Assembly: GCA_050261575.1 (NCBI GenBank) | Contig: JBLNDL010000057.1 | Coordinates: 62,001-100,349 of the forward strand | DNA from: Sphingomonadaceae bacterium | GTDB lineage: Bacteria > Chloroflexota > UBA6077 | DNA length: 38,349 nucleotides | Reading direction: 5' to 3' | Shown here: one piece after another, positions 18,007 to 27,209 of the stretch | How the letters are laid out: the number at the start of each line of letters is the position of its first letter | Numbering within the stretch: position 1 is the stretch's first letter | Notes under the pieces: generated by a model | The model's database searches: none | Told to the model about the DNA's origin: nothing | What the model saw: the letters and a program-made list of their open reading frames with translations, nothing else | Made by a program: the position numbers and the translations under genes

Positions 18007-19650
18007 ATGAAGGATCTGATGATGGAGGATCGAATGTCTCGGGTAGTTCGCATCGTAGCGTTCCTGATCGTGACCCTCGCCCTCATAGCTTGCGGCCCCA
18101 GTCAGCCGGCAGCCAAAGAGGGAGACGGCGGTAGCGGTAGCGGCACCGGCGGCGGTGGCACTCTGACTCGGGCGATGACGACGGAGCCCACCTCGATCGA
18201 TCCCCACGGCGCGGCCAACGCAGGACTCAACCTGACGCTGCCCTACCTGTTCGACACCCTGATCACCCGTCAGCGGGACGGCAAGTTCGTGGGCCACCTT
18301 GCCGAGAGTTGGGAGGTGTCGCCCGACGGCAGGACCATCGACATGAAGCTGAAGAAGGGGGTAAAGTTCCACGATGGATCGCCCATGAACGCGGCTGCCG
18401 TGGTGTTCACCTTCGACCGGTTCAAGAAGGTGGGCGACAAATCCCCGATCGCCGCGAACGTCAAGGAGATCTCCAAGGTAGAGGCCCTGGACGATCTCAC
18501 GGTCCGATTCAGCTTCGAGGAGCCGACGGCCACCATCTGGAGCACCCTGGCCATGCCCTACGCCGGCATCCTCAGCCCCTCGGCCGTCCAGGCGGCGGGC
18601 GACGAGATGGGCTCAAAGCCGGTGGGCACCGGCCCATTCAAGCTCGGGGAGTGGAAGCGCGGCGTGAGCATCACGCTGCTTCGCAACCCCGACTACAACT
18701 GGGGCCCCGCGGAGGCAACCAACAAGGGACCGGTCCACATCGACAGGCTGGTGTACAAGCTGATCCCCGACGCAAACACCCAGATGTCGGCGCTGCAGTC
18801 TGGCGACGTGGACATCATCTTCATCACCGAGCCCACCGTTCTGGACAAGGTTCAGAAGGACGAGAGCCTGAAGGTAGAGCCGATAAACCTGGATTCCCTG
18901 ATCTACCTGGGTTACAACAGCGCCAAGCCTCCCTTCGACGAGGTCAAGGTAAGGCAGGCTCTCTCCCACGCCATCAACAAGACCGAGATCGTCAAGACTG
19001 CGCTGGGCGGTTTCGGGATCGAGGCTGGAACCCCGCTTCCCCCGTCGCTACTCGGCTACAACAAGGAGCTGGCATCCTACGGCCAGGGTTACGATGTTGC
19101 CAAGGCCAAGGCGCTGCTAGCGGAGGCCGGGTTCACTCAGGGCTCCGACGGAAACTGGCAGCGGGGCGGAAAGAAGCTGGGCGGGAAGCTGCTGACCTCT
19201 ACACGGTCCCCCAACGAGGCTATCGCGACGGTGATCCAGAGCCAACTGAAGGCCATCGGCGTGCCGGTGGAGATCCAGCAGTTGGACTCCGCCGCAGTCA
19301 TGAAGGCTTCCACCGAGGGGGCTTTCGACCTGATCCTGTGGCGGTACGACTGGAACGACCCCGACGCACTGAACATCTACCTCTCCGGCAAGCGAGTCCG
19401 GCAGACGAACCGGGTCTTCTACTCCAACCCCCAGGTGGATGCGCTGCTGGAGAAGGGGCTGCGCGAGCTGGACCCCCAGAAGCGAGCCCAAATCTACGAG
19501 GAGGCCCAGAAGATCATCCTCGCCGAGGCGCCCTGGCAACCGCTCTACCATCCGATGGAAGGCATGGTGTTCCGCGATCGGGTGAAGGGCATCAAGGTCG
19601 GAGCACTGGGGCGAATGCTGGTGAACGACGTCACCTTGAGCGGGAAGTAG
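18007..19650 (+). CDS. ABC transporter substrate-binding lipoprotein, family 5 (Dpp/Opp/Nik)
   Basis: Lipobox LIAC, LAESWE, GVKFHDG, PVGTGPF, VRQAL. Start could be 18007-18034. Confidence 0.93.
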   Translation: MKDLMMEDRMSRVVRIVAFLIVTLALIACGPSQPAAKEGDGGSGSGTGGGGTLTRAMTTEPTSIDPHGAANAGLNLTLPYLFDTLITRQRDGKFVGHLAESWEVSPDGRTIDMKLKKGVKFHDGSPMNAAAVVFTFDRFKKVGDKSPIAANVKEISKVEALDDLTVRFSFEEPTATIWSTLAMPYAGILSPSAVQAAGDEMGSKPVGTGPFKLGEWKRGVSITLLRNPDYNWGPAEATNKGPVHIDRLVYKLIPDANTQMSALQSGDVDIIFITEPTVLDKVQKDESLKVEPINLDSLIYLGYNSAKPPFDEVKVRQALSHAINKTEIVKTALGGFGIEAGTPLPPSLLGYNKELASYGQGYDVAKAKALLAEAGFTQGSDGNWQRGGKKLGGKLLTSTRSPNEAIATVIQSQLKAIGVPVEIQQLDSAAVMKASTEGAFDLILWRYDWNDPDALNIYLSGKRVRQTNRVFYSNPQVDALLEKGLRELDPQKRAQIYEEAQKIILAEAPWQPLYHPMEGMVFRDRVKGIKVGALGRMLVNDVTLSGK

Positions 19651-19653
19651 AGC

Positions 19654-20583
19654 GTGGCATACTACCTGATTCGCAGGCTCGGTGGCCTCCTCTCGACTCT
19701 GCTGGTGGTCAGCTTCGTGGCGTACCTGGCGCTGACCTTTGCCCCAGGCGATGCGGCGGAGGCGTTGATCGGCGAAAGCGCCTCCGCCGAGCAGATCGCG
19801 GCACTGCGCAGCCAAATGCGGCTGGACGCGCCGCTCCTCGAGAGGTACGGTGAGTACATGGGGCGGGCGATCCTGCGGGGCGATCTGGGCGAATCGCTGG
19901 TCAGCAACCGCAAGGTGGGCGACTTGCTGCTGGAACGGCTGCCATCCACCCTGCTGCTGGCGCTGTCGGCGATGGCGCTGGCCACGGTGGTGGGATTCGG
20001 TATGGGCCTGCTGGCCGCCAGCAGGCCGGGCAGCCGGGTCGATCTGCTCGCCATCAGCGGCACGGTCCTCGGCCTGGCGCTGCCTCCCTACTGGGTGGCG
20101 ATGCTGCTGGTGATGCTCTTCTCGCTGCGCCTCAACTGGCTGCCGGTCTTCGGCTCGGGCACCATCGCCCACCTCGTGTTGCCCGCAGTCACCCTCGCCC
20201 TGCCCGGAGCGGCCACCATCGCGCGCCTGGTGCGATCCAGCGTCCTGGAGGTGCGGGGCGCCGACTTCGTCCGAACCGCCCTCTCCAAGGGGCTCACGCC
20301 CGGGCAAACCCTGCTGCGCCACATCCTGCCCAACAGTCTGATACCGGCCCTCACCGTCCTCGGCCTGAACCTCGGCCATCTGGTCGGCGGGGCCTTCGTC
20401 ATCGAGACCATCTTCGCCTGGCCCGGCCTCGGCCGGCTCACGGTGCAGGCGATCTTCGATCGTGACCTTCCCGTGGTGATGGGCGCCGTCCTCGTGGTAG
20501 TGCCCCTTTGTCTGGCGGTGAACCTGGTGGTAGACCTGCTGCACGCGGCCCTGGATCCGCGCGTACGCCATCACGCCCTTTAG
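19654..20583 (+). CDS. ABC permease DppB/NikB-like
   Basis: PGD, GDLGES, LPAVTL, EAA-like loop FVRTALSKGL, IETIFAWPGLG. Confidence 0.93.
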   Translation: MAYYLIRRLGGLLSTLLVVSFVAYLALTFAPGDAAEALIGESASAEQIAALRSQMRLDAPLLERYGEYMGRAILRGDLGESLVSNRKVGDLLLERLPSTLLLALSAMALATVVGFGMGLLAASRPGSRVDLLAISGTVLGLALPPYWVAMLLVMLFSLRLNWLPVFGSGTIAHLVLPAVTLALPGAATIARLVRSSVLEVRGADFVRTALSKGLTPGQTLLRHILPNSLIPALTVLGLNLGHLVGGAFVIETIFAWPGLGRLTVQAIFDRDLPVVMGAVLVVVPLCLAVNLVVDLLHAALDPRVRHHAL

Positions 20584-20594
20584 AAGCCTTGGTA

Positions 20595-20694
20595 GATCCG
20601 CAGATGTCGCAGATCGACGCAGATGCATACCCTCTGGACCAGCTACCGGGAACAACCGGGAGCATCTGTGCATCTCTGCGTACACCTGCGGATC
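20595..20694. repeat. CGCAGAT-triplet inverted-repeat element
   Basis: GATCCGCAGATGTCGCAGATCGACGCAGATGC ... GCATCTGTGCATCTCTGCGTACACCTGCGGATC. Confidence 0.75.
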
Positions 20695-20791
20695 GGTTCT
20701 GTTGGAAGTCCTTAGTGGGCTAGGAGATCATTTGGTGAGTTTCGGCTCGGCTCGCGCAAACGTCAGAAGAGGGATGGCTCAGAGGGCGACG

Positions 20792-21868
20792 ATGCACACC
20801 AGGATCCACAGCGTCCTGCAGCGCTTTTGGCGCTTCTGGTATCCCCAGGCCCGCTGCCCGGTACCGAGAAAGCGCGAATCCTTCGAGCACGGGGCGTTGG
20901 CGCTCTGGTGGGAGCAGATCAGGCGATCCCCGGCCCTGCACCTGGGCCTCACCCTGGTAGCACTCGTGGCCGCGGGCGGCGTGCTCGTGCCACTGCTCAG
21001 CCCCTATGCTCCCGACCAGATCCTGCCCGACGCTCGATTGCGGCCACCGAGCCTGGCTCACCCCTTCGGGACCGACGCCCTGGGCAGAGATCTCCTGACC
21101 CGGGTTGCCTACGGATCCCACCTGGCGGCACAGACAGCGATCATGGCCGTGGGCATCTCCGCGGCCGTGGGCCTGCTACTGGGAAGCCTGGCCGGCTACT
21201 ACTCCGGCTGGATCGACCAACTCCTGTCTCGCGCCATGGACGGGTGGCTTTCTCTGCCCGGTGCGCTGGTGGCGGTGGTCATCGTCGCGCGGCTGGGAGC
21301 CTCCCTGAACAATCTGATCCTGGCGCTGGGGATCATGGGGGTGCCGGCCTTCTACCGGATAGTGCGCAACACCACCCTCGGCGCCCGGCGCGCGCCCTAC
21401 GCCGAGGCCGCCATCGCGCTAGGCGCCACCGACCGCCGGGTGATGTGGCGCCACGTCTTCCCCAACATCCTCTCCCCGCTGGTGGTGCTCACCACGATGC
21501 GCTTGGGAACGGTGCTGCTGACAGGCAGCAGCCTGAGCTTCATCGGCCTGGGCGCCCAGCCCCCAGCCCCAGAGTGGGGAGCCCTCCTGGCAGCCGGCAG
21601 GAACCACGTGGACACAGCCTGGTGGCTGGCGGTGTTCCCGGGTGTGGCCATCACTGCAACGGTCGTGGGGCTGAACCTTCTGGGCGACGGCCTGCGAGAC
21701 CTGCTGGACCCTCGCATGGTCAGATCCGGCGGCGAGGAGACGGCCGCCGTGGAGATGGATGAGGCGACGACTGGGGAGCGGACTATCGGGCAGCAACTCG
21801 TGCGGGGCCGCTCCCCCCGGGACGTTACCTCGGTCCCGCCATCGCGATTCGGGCCCCCAGGGCCATGA
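20792..21868 (+). CDS. ABC permease DppC/NikC-like (start uncertain)
   Basis: HPFGTDALGRD, YAEAAIALGA, HVFPN, LSFIGLG..PP.PEWG, NLLGDGLRDLLDP. Confidence 0.9.
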   Translation: MHTRIHSVLQRFWRFWYPQARCPVPRKRESFEHGALALWWEQIRRSPALHLGLTLVALVAAGGVLVPLLSPYAPDQILPDARLRPPSLAHPFGTDALGRDLLTRVAYGSHLAAQTAIMAVGISAAVGLLLGSLAGYYSGWIDQLLSRAMDGWLSLPGALVAVVIVARLGASLNNLILALGIMGVPAFYRIVRNTTLGARRAPYAEAAIALGATDRRVMWRHVFPNILSPLVVLTTMRLGTVLLTGSSLSFIGLGAQPPAPEWGALLAAGRNHVDTAWWLAVFPGVAITATVVGLNLLGDGLRDLLDPRMVRSGGEETAAVEMDEATTGERTIGQQLVRGRSPRDVTSVPPSRFGPPGP

Positions 21869-22460
21869 AGACGCCGCCGGTGAACCATCGCTGAAACCGC
21901 GCGAAGCCCGCGTTCCGCGCCAACCGCTCCCCGGCGAACCCCGCCACCAGCGCGACGCCCGTGTTGACCAGTGTGCCCGAGACGTTGAAGAGTGTCCCCA
22001 GCAGGACGAACTGCCAGAAGACGGGGCCGCGCGCGGGATCCACGAACTGAGGGATGAAGGCGAGGAAGAACAGCGCCACCTTGGGGTTGAGCACGTTCGT
22101 GGCTACCCCCTGTCTGAAGACCTTGCCCAGCCGCTGCTGCTCCATCGGCTGGATTCCACTGATGGAGTTCGCCCTACCGACGATCGTCTTGATGCCCAGA
22201 TAGAGCAGATAGGCCGCCCCGCCGTACCTCACGACGTCGTAGGCAAGGGCCGAGGACATCAGGATGGCCGAGAGGCCCAGGCCGCCGGCCAGGGTGTGGA
22301 TGATACTACCGCCGCCGATGCCCAGGGCAGACACGACCCCCGCCCTGGCCCCCCGGCCGACGCCATTCGCGATGACGTAGAGCATATCGGGCCCCGGCGT
22401 TATGTTGAGCATCAGGGTTGCGAAGAGGAAGACCGCGAGAGTGGTGCTGTCCGGAAGCAC
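21825..22460 (-). CDS. LysE/RhtB-family amino acid exporter
   Basis: TPGPD, GAAYLLYLG, NVLNPKVALFF.AFIPQF. Confidence 0.93.
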   Translation of the reverse strand: MLPDSTTLAVFLFATLMLNITPGPDMLYVIANGVGRGARAGVVSALGIGGGSIIHTLAGGLGLSAILMSSALAYDVVRYGGAAYLLYLGIKTIVGRANSISGIQPMEQQRLGKVFRQGVATNVLNPKVALFFLAFIPQFVDPARGPVFWQFVLLGTLFNVSGTLVNTGVALVAGFAGERLARNAGFARFQRWFTGGVFMALGARIAMAGPR

Positions 22461-22574
22461 GCCACAGTCCGATAATTAGGAATAGGTTTCCAGGCAGGTT
22501 TCCTGACGACACAGTATACGATATCCTGGTGCCGCGCACCCCAACCCCAACCAACAGAGGAGGCCCACCGTCCC

Positions 22575-23084
22575 ATGTCCACCACAGCCAACAGCCGGGA
22601 CATCGCCGTCCGGCCGCTTGCTCGTTCCGATGTGCCGACCTTCCTTGGCCTGATCGAAGCCCTGGCCCACTACGAGCGGCTGACACCCCCCGACGCCAAC
22701 GCCCGCAGGCGGCTCACTGAGGACGCTACCTCCGATCCCCCACGCTTCTGGACCCTGCTGGCCGAGGACGCCGGTCGGGTGGTGGGCTATGCCGTATACT
22801 TCGAGACCTACTCCACATTCCTGGCCAGCCCCACCCTCTACCTGGAGGATATCTTCGTCCTGCCGGAGGCGCGGCGCCGCGGCGTGGGACAAGCCCTCAT
22901 GAGAGAGTTGGCGCGGGAGGCGATCCGGCGCGGCTGCGGCCGAATGGAATGGCAGGCGCTCACCTGGAACACCCCCGCGCTCGCCTTCTACGACAGTCTG
23001 GGCGCCAGGCGGATGGACGACTGGTGCGCCTATCGACTCACGGCAGACGAGTTCGAGGCGGTGGCCGAAGGGAAACCCGCGTAA
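22575..23084 (+). CDS. GNAT acetyltransferase (diamine N-acetyltransferase-like)
   Basis: LAHYE, YSTF, LYLEDIFVLPEARRRGVG, WN.PA..FY. Confidence 0.92.
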   Translation: MSTTANSRDIAVRPLARSDVPTFLGLIEALAHYERLTPPDANARRRLTEDATSDPPRFWTLLAEDAGRVVGYAVYFETYSTFLASPTLYLEDIFVLPEARRRGVGQALMRELAREAIRRGCGRMEWQALTWNTPALAFYDSLGARRMDDWCAYRLTADEFEAVAEGKPA

Positions 23085-23319
23085 CGTAGCGCCATGTGTG
23101 ACGTTCTATCTAGGTAATGCTTTTCGCGAAGACCAATGAGTGGTAGACTAGCTGCGCGGGCTCAGGAAACCAACACGCTCGCTGCATCGATTCGCGCGAC
23201 CCTTCGAAACTCCAGCGCGTGCTCTGCCAGCAGGTCCCCACGGTGTCCAGGCCTGATCTCGGTATCTCGAAGGTGGACCAAGACTGGGGCAGCGCGCAGA
23301 AGGGAATGAGTGCGGCAGC

Positions 23320-23985
23320 ATGAACGAGATCAATTGGGCGGCAGTGAACCGGGCGGACACGTCCGATCGACGCGAGAGCCCCCGAGGTCGCCGATTGAGC
23401 GACGTGCTCAGGGCGCTTTCGGTTGTTGCGGACATAGGATTCCAACGAGCCAGCCGCGGCCTCTCTGAGATGACCGGCATCCCCATGGAGGCCAAGGCGG
23501 CGCAGGTGCGACGGCTCCCAGTGGCATCCGTGCCCGATCTGGTGGGAGGGGCGGAGGCGATCGTGTGCGCCTCCTACTTGAAGATCAGCGGGCAGATCGA
23601 GGGACACATGCTGCTGATCCTTCCGCTGGGGGACGCCTGCAAGCTGGCTTCCATGCTTCTGGGAGAGCCCGTGCCCCCAAACCCCGAGCTGCCGGAGATG
23701 GCACGGTCGGCCCTGGGGGAGGCAGGCAACATCACCGGCTCTTTCTTCCTTGCGGCGATGGCCGACGCCGCCGGTTTGGAGTTGTGTCCCTCGCCGCCGG
23801 CCGTCGTGGTCGACATGGGAAGCGCCATACTGGACACCGTGCTGGCCGACCTGTCCCAGGAGAGCGAGGATGTCTTCGTCATCGACACAGTCTTCGCTCA
23901 GAGCGAGCGATCCGTCAACGCGGTGTTCCTGGTGTTGCCCCGCCCTAGCTACCTCTACTTCATCCTGGAGAGGCTGCCGAAATAA
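23320..23985 (+). CDS. cheC: CheC-family chemotaxis phosphatase
   Basis: SALGEAGNI (ExxN), LSEMTG, PSPP.VVVDM.SAIL, FLVLP. Confidence 0.85.
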   Translation: MNEINWAAVNRADTSDRRESPRGRRLSDVLRALSVVADIGFQRASRGLSEMTGIPMEAKAAQVRRLPVASVPDLVGGAEAIVCASYLKISGQIEGHMLLILPLGDACKLASMLLGEPVPPNPELPEMARSALGEAGNITGSFFLAAMADAAGLELCPSPPAVVVDMGSAILDTVLADLSQESEDVFVIDTVFAQSERSVNAVFLVLPRPSYLYFILERLPK

Positions 23986-24000
23986 GGAGCCAACGGTCTG

Positions 24001-24324
24001 ATGGACATTCGGGAAGTCTCCAACAACAATGGAGCGAATCGCATCTTCGCCCAGGAAGCGTACAGGGCACACCCGCCGAGAGAGGCGGTCGATGAGGCCA
24101 GGGATATCCGAGCCTCGCGCAAGGCGGAGGATCGCGCGGAGCTGTCGGAGGAGGCAAGGGCTATGCTGGCACGGGCCCTCGATTCCGAAGCGACGACCGA
24201 GTTGCGCGATGAGAAGGTGAAGGCGATCCAGAGGCTGGTGGAAAGCGGAAGCTACCAAGTGGATCCCAGGCAACTGGCCGGGATCATGGTGGCCCGCTTG
24301 GACTGGACTCGGCCCGAACCGTAG
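24001..24324 (+). CDS. flgM: Anti-sigma-28 factor FlgM-like
   Basis: D.AELSEEAR, R.EKV.AIQ..VESGSYQVD...LA..M; SD TAAGGAG. Confidence 0.8.
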   Translation: MDIREVSNNNGANRIFAQEAYRAHPPREAVDEARDIRASRKAEDRAELSEEARAMLARALDSEATTELRDEKVKAIQRLVESGSYQVDPRQLAGIMVARLDWTRPEP

Positions 24325-24885
24325 TCAGGACAGAGCGCCGAGGGCTGAGGGGACCTCACTCGGCCCTCGTCCCCTGCGACGGCCCGCGCTGTGCCGCCGC
24401 CGCACCTTGACCATCTCCGCGACGATCGACAGGACGATCACCTCCGGGGTCTCCGCCCCGATGTCCAGCCCAATCGGGGCGTGGACCCGATCCACCGTCT
24501 CCCTGGGGAAACCATCCTGGATCGGTCGCTCCTTCACCGTGCGCACTCGGGTGCGGCTGCCGATCATCCCCACGTATGCCGCTCCCGACGACACCACCTG
24601 TCGGAGGGTAGCCCCGTCCTCCCCGTGGCCGCGGGTCACCACAACCACGTAGCTGTCGCCGTCGATGGAGATGCCGGCCAGGGCCTCACCTAGCTTCCCC
24701 ACTGTCACCCGCTCGGCCTCTGGGAAGCGCTCGGGGTCGGCGAAGCCCTCACGATCGTCCACCACGGTCACGTCGAACCCGACGGCCACGGCGATCCTGG
24801 ACGTGTGCAGTCCGACGTGCCCCGCCCCGACGACGATCGCCCGGGGCCGGCGGCACACGCCCCCCCACCGGTCGTCGAAGGCCAT
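24325..24885 (-). pseudogene. XdhC C-terminal (Rossmann) domain only; probable remnant
   Basis: GAGHVG, VVDDR, VVTRGH..D, YVGMIGS, VHAPIGLDIGAETPE.I.LSIVAE. No XdhC/CoxI N-domain; the CGG motif appears decayed to CRG. Confidence 0.6.
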
Positions 24886-25002
24886 GATCCCCCGGCACGA
24901 TCGGAGCCACGCCCCCGCGGGCACGAGCGTGATGCCCGCACGGCTTCGGCACACGCCGTGCAAAGAAGAGCACCACCCCTGCAGCAAGAGGGAGACGAAA
25001 AC

Positions 25003-26079
25003 ATGAGCGAGAGCGCTGCCACTCTACCGAGGGTCGTCGCCACGGCCACGGCCCTCCCCGAGCACCGCATCGGACCCGACGAAACCAAGGCGTGGATCAG
25101 CCGTTTGTTCGGGGCAACCCATCGGGACACGAGACGCATCGAGCAGATGGTGGATCACACCGGTATCGAAAGCCGATACCTGGTGCAACCGCCCGAGCGA
25201 CTGGCATCCGATCGTACACTGGAGGAGGCCAACGGGGAGTACGTCCGCCGCGTCCTGGAGCTATCGACCAGGGCGGTCGAGGGCTGCTTGGAGGAGGCAG
25301 GGATCGATCCGCAGCAGGTGGACATGGTCATCCCTGTCTCCTGCACGGGCTACATGATCCCGTCGCTGGATGCCCACCTGATCAACCGTTTTCGGATGCG
25401 CAGCAACGTGAGGAGGCTGCCCATCACGGAGTTGGGATGCGGGGCGGGGGCGGCGGCAATGGAGCGCGCCCGCGAGTACCTGGTCGCCTTTCCGGATAGC
25501 CTCGTCCTGCTGGTCGCCACGGAGATCACCTCCATCACGTTCCAGCCGAGGGATACCTCCTGGGCCAACCTCGTGGCAGCCATGCTGTTCGGGGACGGCT
25601 CGGCGGCGGCGCTCGTAACGGGTCGGCCCTTGCGGCCGGGGCCATCCATCCTCGACACCGAGAGCCACTTCCTCCACGACACCCTCCACTACATGGAGTT
25701 CCCACTGAAAGACAGTGGATTCCACCTGATCATGTCCAAAGAGGTGCCCAACACGGTCCGCACCGCCTACCGCCCCGCCCTGGTGCAGTTCCTGGCGCGG
25801 CACGACCTCATCATCGATGACCTCGCCTTCTTCGTGCTCCATCCGGGCGGAGACAGGATCCTCCGCAACTTCGAGGAGTACGTGGGGGTGCCGGCCGAGG
25901 GGCTCGCACCGGCTCGCGCCATCCTGCGCCGCGTCGGCAACCTATCGTCGGCCAGCGTGCTGTTCGTCCTGGACGAGATCATCCGCCGCTGTCCGCCCTC
26001 GACGGGACAGTACGGACTGATGAGCAGCATGGGCCCGGGCTTCTGCCTGGAGATGCTCCTCCTCCGATGGGACGACTGA
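25003..26079 (+). CDS. Type III polyketide synthase (chalcone-synthase-like)
   Basis: Catalytic triad LGCGAG (Cys), HPGG (His), GNLSSAS (Asn); LFGDG, MGPGF. ATG 25003 after GGAG. Confidence 0.95.
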   Translation: MSESAATLPRVVATATALPEHRIGPDETKAWISRLFGATHRDTRRIEQMVDHTGIESRYLVQPPERLASDRTLEEANGEYVRRVLELSTRAVEGCLEEAGIDPQQVDMVIPVSCTGYMIPSLDAHLINRFRMRSNVRRLPITELGCGAGAAAMERAREYLVAFPDSLVLLVATEITSITFQPRDTSWANLVAAMLFGDGSAAALVTGRPLRPGPSILDTESHFLHDTLHYMEFPLKDSGFHLIMSKEVPNTVRTAYRPALVQFLARHDLIIDDLAFFVLHPGGDRILRNFEEYVGVPAEGLAPARAILRRVGNLSSASVLFVLDEIIRRCPPSTGQYGLMSSMGPGFCLEMLLLRWDD

Positions 26080-26101
26080 GCTACATCCGCGGAGGCGGAG
26101 G

Positions 26102-27136
26102 GTGAGACTCGGGCTGATCCCGCAGAACCTCCTGGAGGCACTCGCTCTCTGGCTCAAGAGAGTGCCGACCCCTGCGGGCGAAGTGATCTTCGCCATGATG
26201 CTCTCTCGGGCAATCATGGCGGGAGTCAGGCTGGGGGTCTTCGATGCCCTGGAGGGCGAAAGACTCACCGTGGGCGAGCTCGCGGGCCGGATTCGCTGCG
26301 ATCGTTACGGAGTCGAGGCGCTGGTCGAGGCGCTGCGCTCGTCGGGCTATCTGGTCAGGCAGGGTGATCGCCTGAGCAACGCTCCTCCCGCGTCTCGCTG
26401 GCTGGTGTCTGCGTCTCCCCACTACCTGGGAAACCTGGTCCAGTTCAACTACGACCATTGGGGCTGGTGGTCGCAACTGGAGGAACGCGTGGCGCGCGGA
26501 GAAGCCGTGGGCATTCACCACCGCCCGCACTCAGAGGAGGAGCTGCGCCGTTACGTGCTGGCGATGCGCGATCTGGCCCGATCCTGCGCCGACGAGGTTG
26601 CCGCCGCCCTGCCCATCCCCAGAGGAGCCCGCCGCCTGCTGGACCTAGGAGGCTCCCACGGGGTCTACTCCGCCGCCCTCTGCCGCAGGCACCCCGGCCT
26701 GTCCGCCACCGTCCTGGACCTGGAGCCGATAACCCGCATCGGCCGGCAACTGGCGGCCCGGGACGGCCTGCCCGAGCGCGTCTCCTATCGTGCGGCCGAC
26801 ATCACCACCGATCCCCTCGGGGAAGGCTTCGACGTGGCACTGCTGTTCCAGTTGCTGCACCACTTTCCGCCACGGAAAGCACGGCTGCTCCTCCGACGGG
26901 TGGCGGAGTCGCTAGAGCCCAGCGGCCTCGTCGCCCTGCTGGAGCCGGCCGACGAAGGGGGCTCCCGCCAGTTGGCGGGCCTACTCTCCCTCCACTACTA
27001 CCTGGCGAGCGGGGGTTCCGTTCACGGTAGATCGCGACTCGAAGCGTGGCTGGCGGAGGCGGGTTTCCATCGAATGGCGGCCACGCGGCTTCACTCCGCA
27101 CCAGGGCTGGAGCTTCTGACGGCGCGATGGCGGTGA
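26102..27136 (+). CDS. SAM-dependent O-methyltransferase (dimerisation domain + Methyltransf_2)
   Basis: wHTH-like N-terminus LGVFDAL, LLDLGGSHG, LLHHF; 22 bp after the PKS. Confidence 0.9.
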   Translation: MRLGLIPQNLLEALALWLKRVPTPAGEVIFAMMLSRAIMAGVRLGVFDALEGERLTVGELAGRIRCDRYGVEALVEALRSSGYLVRQGDRLSNAPPASRWLVSASPHYLGNLVQFNYDHWGWWSQLEERVARGEAVGIHHRPHSEEELRRYVLAMRDLARSCADEVAAALPIPRGARRLLDLGGSHGVYSAALCRRHPGLSATVLDLEPITRIGRQLAARDGLPERVSYRAADITTDPLGEGFDVALLFQLLHHFPPRKARLLLRRVAESLEPSGLVALLEPADEGGSRQLAGLLSLHYYLASGGSVHGRSRLEAWLAEAGFHRMAATRLHSAPGLELLTARWR

Positions 27137-27209
27137 GGGACGTGCCAAGTGGCAACGGCGATCCAGCCGGCCGTGTCGCGAGATCGCGTCGTGGCAGCGA
27201 AGCCGGCCC

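Noticed and set aside
23144..23319. c-di-GMP or other riboswitch in the cheC leader
   Set aside because: Some pairing (CTGCGCG/CGCGCAG, CCTTCGA/TCGAAGG) but no recognisable consensus; 7-bp stems are expected by chance at this GC content.
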